Of a DNA stretch of 64,000 bases, positions 39,241 to 50,458 are shown one piece after another; the first letter of the stretch is position 1, and every line of letters starts with the position of its first letter. This DNA comes from Acidiferrobacteraceae bacterium (GTDB taxonomy: Bacteria; Pseudomonadota; Gammaproteobacteria; Acidiferrobacterales; SZUA-150): the NCBI GenBank assembly GCA_003228915.1, contig QIGL01000086.1, forward strand, positions 22,381-86,380, in the 5' to 3' direction. The position numbers and the translations under genes are program-made. The notes under the pieces are model-generated. The model saw only the letters and a program-made list of their open reading frames with translations. It was not told the DNA's origin and did no database searches.

Positions 39241-40767
39241 TTATTTTCCCTTAGGTAATTGCGCAACCAGGGACAGGCTCACATCAATGCCTTCTATCTG
39301 GAAATGCGGCATTACCGCGAGGCCAACTTTGTAAAACCCCGGGTTTTCCGGGATCTCCTGCACAGATACATTCGCTTTACGCAATGGGCGTTTTGATATC
39401 AGCGCTGGATCAGGATCTTTCATTTCGGTAACCAGTGTTTGCGCCCAAACATTCAATTCTTCCTCAAGTGCTTGCCGCGGCTTATTGGAGCCAATATTTT
39501 CGCGTTGCAGTACTTTTAGATAATGGGCAATTTTGGATACCAGGAATATGTACGGTAAACGGGAATTAATACGACTATTCGCCGTTGCTTCCTTGCTGTC
39601 ATACTCGGTTGGTTTTTGTGCTGAGTTGGCAGAAAAGAAACAGGCATAATCACTATTCTTGTAATAACTCAACCCAGGTCAGCAAATTCAAATTCACGGG
39701 TTTCCGGCAGCAATACCTCAGTTGGAATCTTGGCTTGTTTGCCACGACCTACATCATAAGTATGAATCGGAAGATTCTCTAATTTCCCGCCTGATTGCGG
39801 ACCGCGAACCTGTACACACCAGCCGTTTTCCTTGTAGCTACGGGCCATGTTCGCGGCAAATGCAAAACTGGCATTGCCCCACAGGTATTTTTCCGACGTT
39901 TCATCCCGTACCGTTTCTTCATAATTAAATTCACGTATGGGATTACTGTCTGTACCATAAGGCATGCGCAATAAAAAGCGTGGCGTCACCAGGCCAATAT
40001 AACGGGCATCATCAGATTCGCGGAAGGATTTCCAACGCAGAAATTCTGACCTATCCATATAGTTGGTTAAATCATGAACGCCAACAACCTCGGACATATC
40101 CTTTTTACCAAAGAAATTAGCGCCGACTGCCCCTAAAAACGGGCAATGGGCAGCAGCAGAAACCTTGGCGATTTCGCTCAACATGCCAATATCCCGGGGA
40201 GAATTATCAAACGAGAAGTTTGAAACCATTGATGTGATCGGCTCACCACCCGGGAGTGTCATATTCCTGAATATAAACGTGTTTGAATAATCCCGCCTGT
40301 GTCGTATCAGGGGCTTCTTCAAAGTCGTCCTGAAGATCCTCTTTAGAGATGTCAAGCAACTCGATTTTGCAGTTTGACCTGAAATCAGTACGATCAACCA
40401 GGAATTTTAAACTGCGCCACGAAGATTCAATTTCTTGAAACTTTTCATGATGCATGACTTCATCAAGCTGCTTACTAAGCGTATTGTCTATTTGGGAAAT
40501 GAAAAGATCCAGCAGGTTTCGATCGATACGATCGACTGTAGTGCCAGACTTACCAACCATTTCCAGGAAAACATTAATAGCTGCTGTCAGGCGTTCTTCA
40601 TATGGCGCATCTGCCATTTTCTTGGCATCACTGAATGAATTAATCGCAATACTGGAGCTGAGCGGCTTAATATCGATTTTTTCGCATAAACGCTCATAGA
40701 CACTGTCGCTGCTCTCTTTTGCAGCGACCGACTGCTTGGGTTTTGTTTTTGCGGTTGCTTTGGCCAT
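39241..40767 (-). pseudogene. tssC: T6SS sheath large subunit TssC, split into three ORFs by two frameshifts
   Basis: Segments: ...QLDEVMHHEKFQEIESSWRSLKFLV...EYDTPG / GEP...AAAHCPF...PRFLLRMPYG...YLWGNASFAFA...REFEFADLG / LSYYKNSDYACFFSANSAQKP...RLPYIF...PHFQIEG. One extra base at ~40249-40254; about 10 nt missing at ~39672. Confidence 0.9.
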
Positions 40768-40833
40768 AATTTACTTCCTCCTTCAAGCAGATACTGTTTT
40801 TACAGATCTGTGAATAAATGGTTTCGTTCTTTC

Positions 40834-41355
40834 TTACTCTGTCGCTTCGTTTTTATCTTCGACCGTAATTGGTGCGATCGCTTCAAGTTCTTTTTTAAGA
40901 TTCTCAAGCTCTGGTTGATTCTTGACAATTTTTTCAAGCTCCTTCCGGAAGCCTGTGTTATCAAGCAAGTTTGATTTCAAATCCTTGAGTAAATTTCTCA
41001 TGGCCAGCATACCTGCTAATTCAGGAATCTGTTTGGCAATTTGTTCCGGGTGGAAAGATTTATAGTTTTCAAAAGTCAGGTCGACCTTAATCTCACTACC
41101 ATCGTTAGCAACTTTATTGGGAACCGTATAATTAACAACGGGCGCCAGATCTTTCATGACCTGCTCAATGTTATTGTTATCAATATTGATTCGTTCCTGT
41201 TCGCCAACCCGCCTGGCTTTTTTTGACATACTGAAGTCGCCGAGCACCAAAGTTTTGTGTGGTAATTCCAGTTTCTTCTTTGAGCCATAGGTTTCAACAT
41301 CAAGGGTGATGTTGACGCGTGCTTTTGGTATTTCATTCTGAAAACTATCTGCCAT
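40834..41355 (-). CDS. tssB: T6SS sheath small subunit TssB
   Basis: MADSFQNEIPKARVNITLDV, LELP..LVLGDFS, FHPEQIA.QIPEL, RNLLKDLK. Confidence 0.96.
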   Translation of the reverse strand: MADSFQNEIPKARVNITLDVETYGSKKKLELPHKTLVLGDFSMSKKARRVGEQERINIDNNNIEQVMKDLAPVVNYTVPNKVANDGSEIKVDLTFENYKSFHPEQIAKQIPELAGMLAMRNLLKDLKSNLLDNTGFRKELEKIVKNQPELENLKKELEAIAPITVEDKNEATE

Positions 41356-41356
41356 T

Positions 41357-42979
41357 TTATGCTCCTTTCGCCTTTTTAAGGCTCGTCATTCGGACTGCTT
41401 CCTGCAAATCGATTTTGCAGACTGCAGCATGAATCTCTTTAAGCTTCTTCTCAAGTTGGGGTTTTTGGCTAACATCGGCCTTCGGTAACACCTGCTTGAT
41501 TGCTGAACTTAATAACCGCCAGGTATCAATTGCAAGTGCTGGCTCCCATTGTGCTAACTCCCTGTTTTCTATATTTTTGTCAATATCCTCAAGTATGGTC
41601 ATTGCCATTTCAGGCTCTTTAGCCTTGGCACAAAGACGCGCCTCTTCCAGGCGTTTTACAAAACGTTCCCTGCCGCTATCGTCAGGCAAATCTTTCAGGA
41701 TATTTATCCCTTCTAACAAACTACCGCTTTTAGCCTCTTTATGGGACGCTTTTATGATGCTTTTTATTTCATCGGTATGAACAGCGCCAATTTCTGGTCC
41801 GCCACCGCCTTCTCGGGAACTGCCAATTTCTTCCAGCCACTCCCTGGCATCTGCTCCGGCAAACGAAGTGCCGCCATCGTAACACAAGTCTTGCAGATCA
41901 GGACACCGTTTGAGCAGCCCAAACACCTCATTTTCAAGCATTTGCGCCGCTTCTTCAGCTTTCATGGCCTTCAGCGCATGAAATGCGATTAACTGTAAAT
42001 CCATATTCCATTGCCCGCCCGGTTCCATTAATGATGCTTCGCTTCGGTTAAAAATTTCTACCGGTGCCGCACTATTGGTCTGTAATAACTGTAATTCGGT
42101 CAGGGCTGTAGGTCGCAGTGGCGGAATACGGGTGGTACCGTTTTCATTGGGTGGCGTTTTCAAATTACCCCATCGATAGACCCGCAACACCCCAATGGCA
42201 CGACTAAGTTCGCCCTGGTCACGAAAATGACTCGCCAACTTTGAAATTAGTTCGCCGGCCTTGCCATCTGTAATGGCGCCGTCAATAGAAGCGGCCTGGC
42301 TAAGTCGTTCTTCCTGTGCTTGCTGGTCTTTAGCCAGTTTTGCCTGTGCCGCCTTCTTCTCCGTCAACGCCTTGGTAGTCCAGTCGCCAAGACTCTTCCA
42401 TCGGTTGGCCTCGTCACCCAGTTTCTGGTTTGCCAGTTTGTGCAAGCGTTCAAGGCTGGCATTGAGTGCTTCCAATTCTTCCAGATCGAGGGCACCACTC
42501 TTAATCTGGCGGATGTAACTACTCATTCGATCATTGTTCAGCCATGCGTAGGATTGCAAACGCCCACTCTCACGGGCAGGAAAACAATTATCCCAGAAAT
42601 TTTCAATGATACTGCTGTAACTTTCCAGGGCATCGGCCATGCCTTTAAGGCCTTCAGTAAATAGGGTGCCCATTAACAGGTAACCGGCGACCCGCAGGTC
42701 TTTGCCCTCTTGCTGTAACAATTCACGAGAAGAATCGATTACAACTTTGAAATCAGCGCCGCTTAGTTTATCGATCTCGGTTTTGATTGCGCTAAATCGA
42801 TCCGAGTAACGCGGATCCTCACCGGCACCACCAGCACCACCGACAATAGGTTCGGCAATTTTTTGTACCCAGTCGGGCAACGCACGAGATGGATTTTCTT
42901 GTTGCATAGATTCGGAATTACCATTGTCTGCATCTGTTGTTGCGGACGTTTCCGCTATTGCTTCAGCTGGTTTGTTCAT
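41357..42979 (-). CDS. tssA: T6SS protein TssA (ImpA_N plus VasJ-like C-terminal domain)
   Basis: AGEDPRYSDRFSAIKTEIDKL, GKDLRVAGY, FWDNCFP, DGGTSFA...WL, LAQWEPALA. Confidence 0.88.
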   Translation of the reverse strand: MNKPAEAIAETSATTDADNGNSESMQQENPSRALPDWVQKIAEPIVGGAGGAGEDPRYSDRFSAIKTEIDKLSGADFKVVIDSSRELLQQEGKDLRVAGYLLMGTLFTEGLKGMADALESYSSIIENFWDNCFPARESGRLQSYAWLNNDRMSSYIRQIKSGALDLEELEALNASLERLHKLANQKLGDEANRWKSLGDWTTKALTEKKAAQAKLAKDQQAQEERLSQAASIDGAITDGKAGELISKLASHFRDQGELSRAIGVLRVYRWGNLKTPPNENGTTRIPPLRPTALTELQLLQTNSAAPVEIFNRSEASLMEPGGQWNMDLQLIAFHALKAMKAEEAAQMLENEVFGLLKRCPDLQDLCYDGGTSFAGADAREWLEEIGSSREGGGGPEIGAVHTDEIKSIIKASHKEAKSGSLLEGINILKDLPDDSGRERFVKRLEEARLCAKAKEPEMAMTILEDIDKNIENRELAQWEPALAIDTWRLLSSAIKQVLPKADVSQKPQLEKKLKEIHAAVCKIDLQEAVRMTSLKKAKGA

Positions 42980-43992
42980 GATCGTCCCCAGGCGTGCAAC
43001 CCTTGTTCAAGATTCAACTCCTGACCATCTGCAAGATCTTTTAGATTTGCTTCTGATACTTCGGGCATATTCTCAAGCGGTCGCCTTACCAGGTCAACTA
43101 CTCCACCCTCATCACATTCGGGGCTAACTAACTGGGCAAAACTCGAAGCGCCTGGCGCACGGAAATAAACTGTTAATGCAGCCATTAAACCTTCGCCATT
43201 TTCGGACCAGAATACATGGGGCAGCCATTTCTCATCACCCACGTAACTAATGACCAGGCTTAGCCAGAATGAAACTTCGGTATTGCGCTGATCTTTCGTG
43301 CCCAGGGGGAAGCGAATACCCCAGGCGGTACGCAAGGGACCGCGATTGGCTGCCAGTCTAAGCGTTTGAGTCATGTCGCGAATAAAAGTTAATCGCCTGG
43401 ATTGATCAAATTCAGGCAATACATCGGCCCATAAAGATTTCATTGTTGTTTCAGAAAAAACCTCTGATCTGCGTTGCGAGCAATCACTGTCCTTCAAGTC
43501 AGGTAATTCCGATGTAAGCTGGATATTTTTTTCGATAAAAGCATCCAGTGACAATGATTCACTGGCACCATTACCCAGTACGTTGGCAGCGGAATAAAAA
43601 TCTTCGTAATGAAAAGGTACCAAAGGCAAAATTGACGCCGGGCTCATGTTTTTTAACATAGAAAAATTTATTATTGGGTGATGCCTGCCTGTATTGTCAT
43701 GGCTTGGCTGAATGACACCACTAATAACTGCACCACTCCTCTCGCCAGCTACATAAAAATTAATTGCCGGGAACCCGGATACCCGCTCTTTCCAGTCCCC
43801 TGGAAAACGTCTCACCAGGTAAGCGATACCTTCGTGGATCCACTGGTCCAGCAGTTTAATTGCCGGGTGTCCTGTTTGATGCCTGACAAAATCCGGTCGG
43901 GCAGGCAGCTTACCGAAAAAACCAGTCAACATTTCTGTTGGCTGCTCAACGGGCTGTTTTGTTTTTTTGGAAAAAAGTGACATTACGCTCAT
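42976..43992 (-). CDS. tagF: T6SS post-translational repressor TagF
   Basis: GFFGKLPARPDFV, LDQW, GVIQPSHDNTGRHHP; directly downstream of tssM. Confidence 0.85.
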   Translation of the reverse strand: MSVMSLFSKKTKQPVEQPTEMLTGFFGKLPARPDFVRHQTGHPAIKLLDQWIHEGIAYLVRRFPGDWKERVSGFPAINFYVAGERSGAVISGVIQPSHDNTGRHHPIINFSMLKNMSPASILPLVPFHYEDFYSAANVLGNGASESLSLDAFIEKNIQLTSELPDLKDSDCSQRRSEVFSETTMKSLWADVLPEFDQSRRLTFIRDMTQTLRLAANRGPLRTAWGIRFPLGTKDQRNTEVSFWLSLVISYVGDEKWLPHVFWSENGEGLMAALTVYFRAPGASSFAQLVSPECDEGGVVDLVRRPLENMPEVSEANLKDLADGQELNLEQGLHAWGRS

Positions 43993-43999
43993 AGTTAAC

Positions 44000-46900
44000 C
44001 TATCCCGGGTTTTTATTTTCTATATCCAGTGCATCGGCAATTTCCGTTTTTGGAAAAACTGTGCCGGGCAACCGGTAGCCACGTAAAATATTTTTCTTAA
44101 AGGGATTGTTATGACGATCCGGGCGAATACGAAATCGCACACGTATACGCTGTCCCGCATTATCACGAATACTCCATGAAGCAAGAAATGAAGTCCCCGA
44201 TGATGACCCCTGTTTCTTGGCCCTGTCGAGTAATCGCAGCCATGCCCAGGTACCATCAGCAGAAATCTCACCGCGACTTATAGAGCCTGTCCTGATTCCC
44301 TGTATCCGTGCACCTGGTGATGGACCGGGCCAGTTAAATTTCCGCCATTCCTGGGGGCCATTTCGATAACGATAACTCGCACCATCGACATTAATAGTAG
44401 ATTCACTTAGCTGGGTATTTGGAAACGGATAAACGCCAAATGACAATCGCGGTTGAGAATCATCGGAACTAAAAAAGCTGTTAGTAACCCGTGCTGTATG
44501 GCTAATGACTTTCAGAAAGTCTGGCTCAAATGCGAGGCCAATACCCAGCCACTTGCGTGGCCGCCATTCATTACCCTGCTTCTCGATGAAAGGGCGCAAG
44601 TCTTTATTGATAAAACTCCAGAAGATGCCACTACGAGGTTTAAAGAATTCAACCAGATCGCCCATGCTTGCATCTCTGCCATCACGAGTAAAAGGGTAAC
44701 GGTTTGAGAGTGACTCATTGAAGGTAAGTCGGACCTGGTTTTTCCAGATACTCTGGATGTCCCGCTGGGCAACAACTGTCATCGTGCCCCAAACATTTTT
44801 AATCGGTGCACGCAGGATACTTGCCAGGGCCTGGGCGGTACGGGTATCAAGGTCTTCCAGCCAATGATTGATAGTCAGCCAGCTGCGGTAAAGTTCGGTT
44901 TCGGTATCACCATCCATAATCTTGGCAGCAAACTGGCGTGTATCGCGGGCGACGTCGCTGGATGTCGCCAGCCTGGCGATGTCTTCCTGAATGGCTTCCA
45001 GTGACTTGAGGTAAATTGGCAACCAGGACCCTTCTTTCCCGCTTAAACCATTGTTAGCCATACGTTGTAAATATTTAAAATGAACCTTGAGTTCTGGCAC
45101 TAACTCCAGACCAACACCGGTTTTATCTCCCTCACCTTCGCTCAAAGATATGAAAGAGCCGTCTGGGTCGATTATTTCCACATTCTCTTTTATAGATTTA
45201 AACAATGCGGTAATGGGGCCATCGGCCTTGGCAACTTGTTGTAACTGGGAAGAAGCATCTCGCAATGAATCAAAACGTCGTGCTGAAACATTTCCCAGTA
45301 ATGCGAACCATTCCTCAGCGTAGTCAGCAAAATATAATTCCCGGAGCTGGCGAACAAGTTGTTCGCGGGCTTGCCCCTCATTCTCTTCAATCTCATTCCG
45401 GGCGCCCATTACCCAGTCTGTACTGCTGGATGATTCTTTGGATTTTTTAATATACGGCCAGACAAATTCTTGCCACGCTTTTTTTGTAAAAATGCCAGGA
45501 ATTGCGTGTTTACCAACCAGCATTCCCCGGGGGTGACCACCGAGAAGATTAATTAAATCTACCGTCTCGTATTTTCGTGAACCAATATCACGCATATCTG
45601 CGTAATATCTTTCAGCGCTGGGAACTTCCCTGATTGCCGCTCGAACATTGGCGATCAATTTATTATCCAGGTTCCAGGCCCGGGCATGTAATGGTTTGCC
45701 AGCAGGCACTTTCATATGATTAACATAGTATGAAGCCATCGAGCGAAGTTGATCAGTATCAATTTCGTCAAGCCTCAAGCCCTGCTCCTTCATGGTGCTG
45801 ATCCAGACACGGGAAAATGTTTCTGCCAGTGAATCATCTTCCACGACTTCCGGTGTTGTCAGGTAAAGATATAATTTCAATGCTTCATAGGCACGTGCCG
45901 TACGACGACTTTTCCTGGCAGTCACAACCGGCTTGGCGCCATTCAAATTTGCGTTGCGTACTTTCACGTCCTGGACATAGGCTTGCATGCTTGCTTCCAG
46001 TGTCAGCGCCACAGGCATAAGAAACATGGTTTCCATACCAACAAGGAAATTTTTTGCCAGTGGTTCTTCAAAACCACTCGGCTTATACAGGCTGACTTTT
46101 TCTTCTTCCTCAGACCAAAGCTCAGAGGTTACACCATAGTATGAAACCAAACGCTTGAGGATAAGCTGCAGCTCAGAGTCCGGATCAACCAGTGTTTTGG
46201 TTAAACGTTCGCTACTTTTTTGGACGTCTGAAATCAACAACATTTTACTGGCAAACGAGGCGCTAAAACCCATTAAACTCACCACCATAACAGCGAGAGA
46301 TGTGATGATAGTCGCACGCTTTAACCAGCGAGTACGAAATGCCATTTTCCTGTTGCGAATGGCCTGGCGACTATTCGGCAATACCACATCTTTTAACAGT
46401 CGGTGGATAAAAAACGGTTTTTGTTCTCTTGTTGTTTCAGCATCTGGCACTGAACCAGCGGTACCAAATGCTTCTACCAGGGAACCGACCACGCGCTCAA
46501 TGGGTGCGCCTTCCTGGGCGCCACTGGTGAAGTAAAAGCCACTGAAAATTGGTGTTTCTGAATAAGGGTTTTTCTTGAATACCTGCTGAATAAATTCTTC
46601 GAGACGGGCAGAGGCGCTGTGAAACTGGTTTGGAAAATCCACAATCTGGGCCTTGCGCGTTACGTTTCGCTCAAGCCCCAATTTATGCAATCGATGTGTG
46701 CACAGGCGTGAGTAGAGCGATTGAAAAGCCCTGGCAAAACTTTCGCCTGGCTCGATCTTGTCTCCCTGATCAAACGCCAGCATGCTTGATCCCCAAACTT
46801 GCTCACGATCTTCTTCGCCAAGGTCTTCAAAAAAAGAACCAAAACCACGAACAAGATCGCACTTGGTGAATATGACATAGACTGGAAATAACAAACCGAG

Positions 46901-47647
46901 ACGACCAATGAGTTCGTCAATACGATCGCGTATTACCTTGGCGTGCTGCTCAACGGCCTCACTATCGCAGGTCAGCAGATCAGCAATACTTACTGCAACT
47001 AAAATACCGTTGACCGGTTGTTTGCTGCGGTTCTTGCGCAGCATGTCCAGGAATGCGAACCACTCTTCACGATCTTCATCTTCTGTCGTATAACGACCGG
47101 CGGTATCAAGAAAAATCGCCTGGTCGGAAAACCACCAGTCACAATTACGGGTGCCGCCTACTCCCTGGATACCCCTGGGGTCATGATTTGAGTAGGGAAA
47201 ATTCAACCCGGAGTTTCTCAGAATAGTGCTTTTACCTGCGGCCGAAGGCCCAATAATCATATACCAGGGCAATGCATAAAGTGCCGCGCTACCACTACGC
47301 GCCGAACCCAGTTCCGAAGCCCGCAGTGATGTAATGGCATCGTGCATTTGATTGCGCAGGTTTTCTATGTCTGCTTCATGGCCAGCACTGGTACCAAGCA
47401 TGGCAGCATCTTCCAGATCTTCTTCAAGACGCTTGCCGCGGCGCTTGTCCATGGCCCATTTAAATGCCACGTAAAGAAAGAACAAAGTCAGGAGAACGGC
47501 AATTACAATCAGGCGCAGCGAAACAGATTTTAAGCCGACATAGGGGCCGGCAAACCAGACCAGCAGTAATGCCAGCAACAGGCCAGCGGCCATGGATCCG
47601 AAACGGCTGATTAAAAGTTTTTTCAGAATTGAGATTACTTTGCCCAT
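44000..47647 (-). CDS. tssM: T6SS membrane complex TssM (IcmF)
   Basis: LPWYMIIGPSAAGKST, GGTRNCDWWF, LDTAGRY, PVYVIFTKCDL, RYPF, YRNGP, GTWAWLRLLD. Confidence 0.97.
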   Translation of the reverse strand: MGKVISILKKLLISRFGSMAAGLLLALLLVWFAGPYVGLKSVSLRLIVIAVLLTLFFLYVAFKWAMDKRRGKRLEEDLEDAAMLGTSAGHEADIENLRNQMHDAITSLRASELGSARSGSAALYALPWYMIIGPSAAGKSTILRNSGLNFPYSNHDPRGIQGVGGTRNCDWWFSDQAIFLDTAGRYTTEDEDREEWFAFLDMLRKNRSKQPVNGILVAVSIADLLTCDSEAVEQHAKVIRDRIDELIGRLGLLFPVYVIFTKCDLVRGFGSFFEDLGEEDREQVWGSSMLAFDQGDKIEPGESFARAFQSLYSRLCTHRLHKLGLERNVTRKAQIVDFPNQFHSASARLEEFIQQVFKKNPYSETPIFSGFYFTSGAQEGAPIERVVGSLVEAFGTAGSVPDAETTREQKPFFIHRLLKDVVLPNSRQAIRNRKMAFRTRWLKRATIITSLAVMVVSLMGFSASFASKMLLISDVQKSSERLTKTLVDPDSELQLILKRLVSYYGVTSELWSEEEEKVSLYKPSGFEEPLAKNFLVGMETMFLMPVALTLEASMQAYVQDVKVRNANLNGAKPVVTARKSRRTARAYEALKLYLYLTTPEVVEDDSLAETFSRVWISTMKEQGLRLDEIDTDQLRSMASYYVNHMKVPAGKPLHARAWNLDNKLIANVRAAIREVPSAERYYADMRDIGSRKYETVDLINLLGGHPRGMLVGKHAIPGIFTKKAWQEFVWPYIKKSKESSSSTDWVMGARNEIEENEGQAREQLVRQLRELYFADYAEEWFALLGNVSARRFDSLRDASSQLQQVAKADGPITALFKSIKENVEIIDPDGSFISLSEGEGDKTGVGLELVPELKVHFKYLQRMANNGLSGKEGSWLPIYLKSLEAIQEDIARLATSSDVARDTRQFAAKIMDGDTETELYRSWLTINHWLEDLDTRTAQALASILRAPIKNVWGTMTVVAQRDIQSIWKNQVRLTFNESLSNRYPFTRDGRDASMGDLVEFFKPRSGIFWSFINKDLRPFIEKQGNEWRPRKWLGIGLAFEPDFLKVISHTARVTNSFFSSDDSQPRLSFGVYPFPNTQLSESTINVDGASYRYRNGPQEWRKFNWPGPSPGARIQGIRTGSISRGEISADGTWAWLRLLDRAKKQGSSSGTSFLASWSIRDNAGQRIRVRFRIRPDRHNNPFKKNILRGYRLPGTVFPKTEIADALDIENKNPG

Positions 47648-47700
47648 TTAAAGCAAACCGTCCCTGTTATTTTTGTTGGCAAATTTTTTCCGTTAAACAT

Positions 47701-48537
47701 TTAAATATTCTCTGCCGGATTGTTTATCGGCGTTCTGCTTGTATCCCCTGATGAAGATTTCTTCTGATCTTCAATGGCCTTGCGTGCTGCTTCCCAACTT
47801 ATCTGGCGTTTGGTTTTCGTAGTGCTGGTAATTAATTCTTGATGTTTGGCCTTTAAAAAAGATCTTGTGCCTTCTGTGCGACTATCAAGCGTATAGGCGA
47901 ATCCTATGTAGCCAAAAAAAAGTACCGAGACGGTAACAATACCAATCACCCAGTAAGGCACTTCCCGGCCGACAGTCTCGAGCAAGCCAATATCGGGCAC
48001 ACCATGGGGGGATATCTCTCTGGTTGGTCGTCCACGGTAGTCATTAATTTGCGACCGGACATCAACTTGCAGCGCCAGCAATTGTTCTGGCCCGCGCATT
48101 CGGTACATGCCCTCGAATCCCATTTGTAGACAAACGTAATACACTTCCAGCACAGCAAGATTCCGCTCCCCGGACTGACGCAATTTTTTCAAGTGCTCAT
48201 AAAACCCTTCGCCGGCAAGATGGTCACCAAAAAATTCCAGCTGTAACGGACGACCCATCCAGTCTGTTTTGCCGTGCCAGGACGAGCTTAGTACACGCTC
48301 ATCAATGTAGGCAGCCAGTGCGTACTTGGCTTCATTAACATCATTGGAGGGAAGTTGTTTTTCAAAACTTTCCCTTTCCAGTTCTGCAAAGGCGGAAAGA
48401 ATTTTCTCACGATAATCATCAGTAAGATTCGCACCACGATCACCGGTAGCCAGAGGCACGGCCAGGGAGAACAAGTTGCTACAACTTTCAAGCAACGGGT
48501 TATCCTGGTCGCCCACGGTTCCATTTTTAACTGGCAT
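47701..48537 (-). CDS. tssL: T6SS TssL (DotU), without an OmpA domain
   Basis: AKYALAAYIDE, PLQLEFFG..LAGEGFY, EVYYVCLQMGFEGMY; C-terminal TM. Confidence 0.95.
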   Translation of the reverse strand: MPVKNGTVGDQDNPLLESCSNLFSLAVPLATGDRGANLTDDYREKILSAFAELERESFEKQLPSNDVNEAKYALAAYIDERVLSSSWHGKTDWMGRPLQLEFFGDHLAGEGFYEHLKKLRQSGERNLAVLEVYYVCLQMGFEGMYRMRGPEQLLALQVDVRSQINDYRGRPTREISPHGVPDIGLLETVGREVPYWVIGIVTVSVLFFGYIGFAYTLDSRTEGTRSFLKAKHQELITSTTKTKRQISWEAARKAIEDQKKSSSGDTSRTPINNPAENI

Positions 48538-49874
48538 TATTTATCCTGTACGCACATTAATTCTACAGTGGCACCGGCAAATGTTTGTGGCACATACAAA
48601 GCAACCGTGCCGGAGCCGGTTACCGCATCCCAGAATTCACCACTACTGTCGACCCTGAAGTATTCAAATTTACTGCGAATAGGTAGCTGGCTGGGTGGGC
48701 GATGCTCATGGCGAATCCGTACACCAGGCATGGCCGAGCTGACAATCATCTCGATGGCGTCACGTGAACCCATTTTGGCCAGTTTTTCAAATTTCTCAAC
48801 CCAATTTTTATCTTCACTGGTTATTTTCACGGCCAGGTAAAAAGTAGCTGAGTCCAGCACCTGCCAGTCAAATTGTGATGCCGAGTAAAGCGAGTCTGTT
48901 TCCCGTTGCAACTGAATCGTGGAAAAGTTTGACGGAATGACCGTGTCAATTAAATCACGTAACAACGATTCCAGGCCTTTAAATACATTGCCCAGCTCGG
49001 TATGTACGTAGCGGGGCAAACCCTCGACGCTGTGGTTGAGTGAAAATGTGCACAGGCTACCGGCCAGATGACTCAGTACTATATATAGTCGTTCAGGGTG
49101 GTGTTCCGACTGGTCACGCAAAAAACTCAACTCCGGTACCGTGCTGTTAAGGTTGTTAAGCAACCAGAAATGGGCCACATCAGCATTGCTGAACTCGGCG
49201 ACATTTTCGTTGCGTTGACGGCGGCGCTCAGACAATGCGCGTATTTTGGCGCGCATCACTTCCAGCAGTCGGTCTATTACTGTCAGTAGCGCTACAGAAC
49301 CCCGGATTCGCGCCAGCGGTGGTATGTAAGTTTCATCAATGCGAAATCGGTCATCACCTTCGGCAATGAGTTGCGCTAACTTAATAGAGACAAAGGCATC
49401 ACGGGATTCGGCATCAGTCAATAACTGTACGTGGGGGCTGCTTAACAATACCTCCCGAGTACGCGCATGATCATATTCGTCTGTGACTTCCTGGTACTGT
49501 CCGATATTGCCTGGTAATTGCGCCGACTCCCGGTAACCCGAGATACCCGATACCGTACTATTGGCAGGAACGGACAAGTAGACAGACGCCTTACCATCAG
49601 CATCGGCCTTGAGTTTGCAGGATATAGGCGCCTCATCCGGGCCATTAGCGGCAATAGTGCCATCGGGGAAAATGACAGAATAATCACTTAACTGAAATTG
49701 CCCATTTTGTAGCGCATCATGATCGATATCTACCGACACCAGGCCCCAGGATAATGGCGCAATGGTTTCTCTCTGGAAATTCTGACGGGCATGGGTATAA
49801 CGATCCCATAACTGAAAATGCTGCTGACCCAGCAACATACCTTCGGTCCAGACAACCTGTTTTATATCTTTCAT
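48537..49874 (-). CDS. tssK: T6SS baseplate TssK
   Basis: VVWTEGMLLGQQHFQ, WG, IFPDGT, YIPP, HPERLY, AMPGV. Confidence 0.96.
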   Translation of the reverse strand: MKDIKQVVWTEGMLLGQQHFQLWDRYTHARQNFQRETIAPLSWGLVSVDIDHDALQNGQFQLSDYSVIFPDGTIAANGPDEAPISCKLKADADGKASVYLSVPANSTVSGISGYRESAQLPGNIGQYQEVTDEYDHARTREVLLSSPHVQLLTDAESRDAFVSIKLAQLIAEGDDRFRIDETYIPPLARIRGSVALLTVIDRLLEVMRAKIRALSERRRQRNENVAEFSNADVAHFWLLNNLNSTVPELSFLRDQSEHHPERLYIVLSHLAGSLCTFSLNHSVEGLPRYVHTELGNVFKGLESLLRDLIDTVIPSNFSTIQLQRETDSLYSASQFDWQVLDSATFYLAVKITSEDKNWVEKFEKLAKMGSRDAIEMIVSSAMPGVRIRHEHRPPSQLPIRSKFEYFRVDSSGEFWDAVTGSGTVALYVPQTFAGATVELMCVQDK

Positions 49875-49959
49875 GGCTTTAAAGCTTTCATGTTTTGTTG
49901 CTCGTTTTGCTAGTTACATAGCGTCATACTTCTGCCAACAAAATTCAGTCAGCAAAATT

Positions 49960-50433
49960 CTAATCAACTACTTCGATTTTGTTTTGGCTCAACCGCAGCC
50001 CAAATGACGCTGAAAAAACCTGCTGCCAGGCATTTGAGATCACGTTATTGGGTATTGCCTCGATAAAACGCCACTGGGATTTGCTGGGATTACGGAAAAT
50101 TGCTACGCCAGCAATAAAACGCATTTTGCTATCGTAAGGAAATTCAATACGCTCCGTTGTATCCGGTTGAATGACGACTTCTTTTTTCAGGATAAGACTG
50201 CGCGCCAGTACTTCTTCATCCTTTTTCCACAGGGCATAAAAATCTGCGTTGTTAAACGCATTATCATCCTCGAGGGAATATATACGCACCACCACTGGCA
50301 AAGGCGTGCCACTAACACTGTTTAAATCTGTGGTTGATTCTACATCCAGCCTGACCAGTCCGGCGCAACCAGACAGTAGCCCGCTTGTTAATAAGATCAG
50401 GATATATACAAAGTTTCTGGAACCATACTGCAT
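49960..50433 (-). CDS. tssJ: T6SS lipoprotein TssJ
   Basis: Lipobox LSGC; DLN...PLPVVVRIYSL, F..ADF..L, GVAIFR....WR. Confidence 0.93.
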   Translation of the reverse strand: MQYGSRNFVYILILLTSGLLSGCAGLVRLDVESTTDLNSVSGTPLPVVVRIYSLEDDNAFNNADFYALWKKDEEVLARSLILKKEVVIQPDTTERIEFPYDSKMRFIAGVAIFRNPSKSQWRFIEAIPNNVISNAWQQVFSASFGLRLSQNKIEVVD

Positions 50434-50458
50434 GAACTAATTTCCTCCCGGGTACTGC

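Noticed and set aside
39660-40260. Programmed frameshifting or TGA (Sec) readthrough to explain split tssC
   Set aside because: Both breaks need a frame change rather than readthrough, no slippery heptamer is evident, and the second break lacks conserved residues that recoding could not restore.
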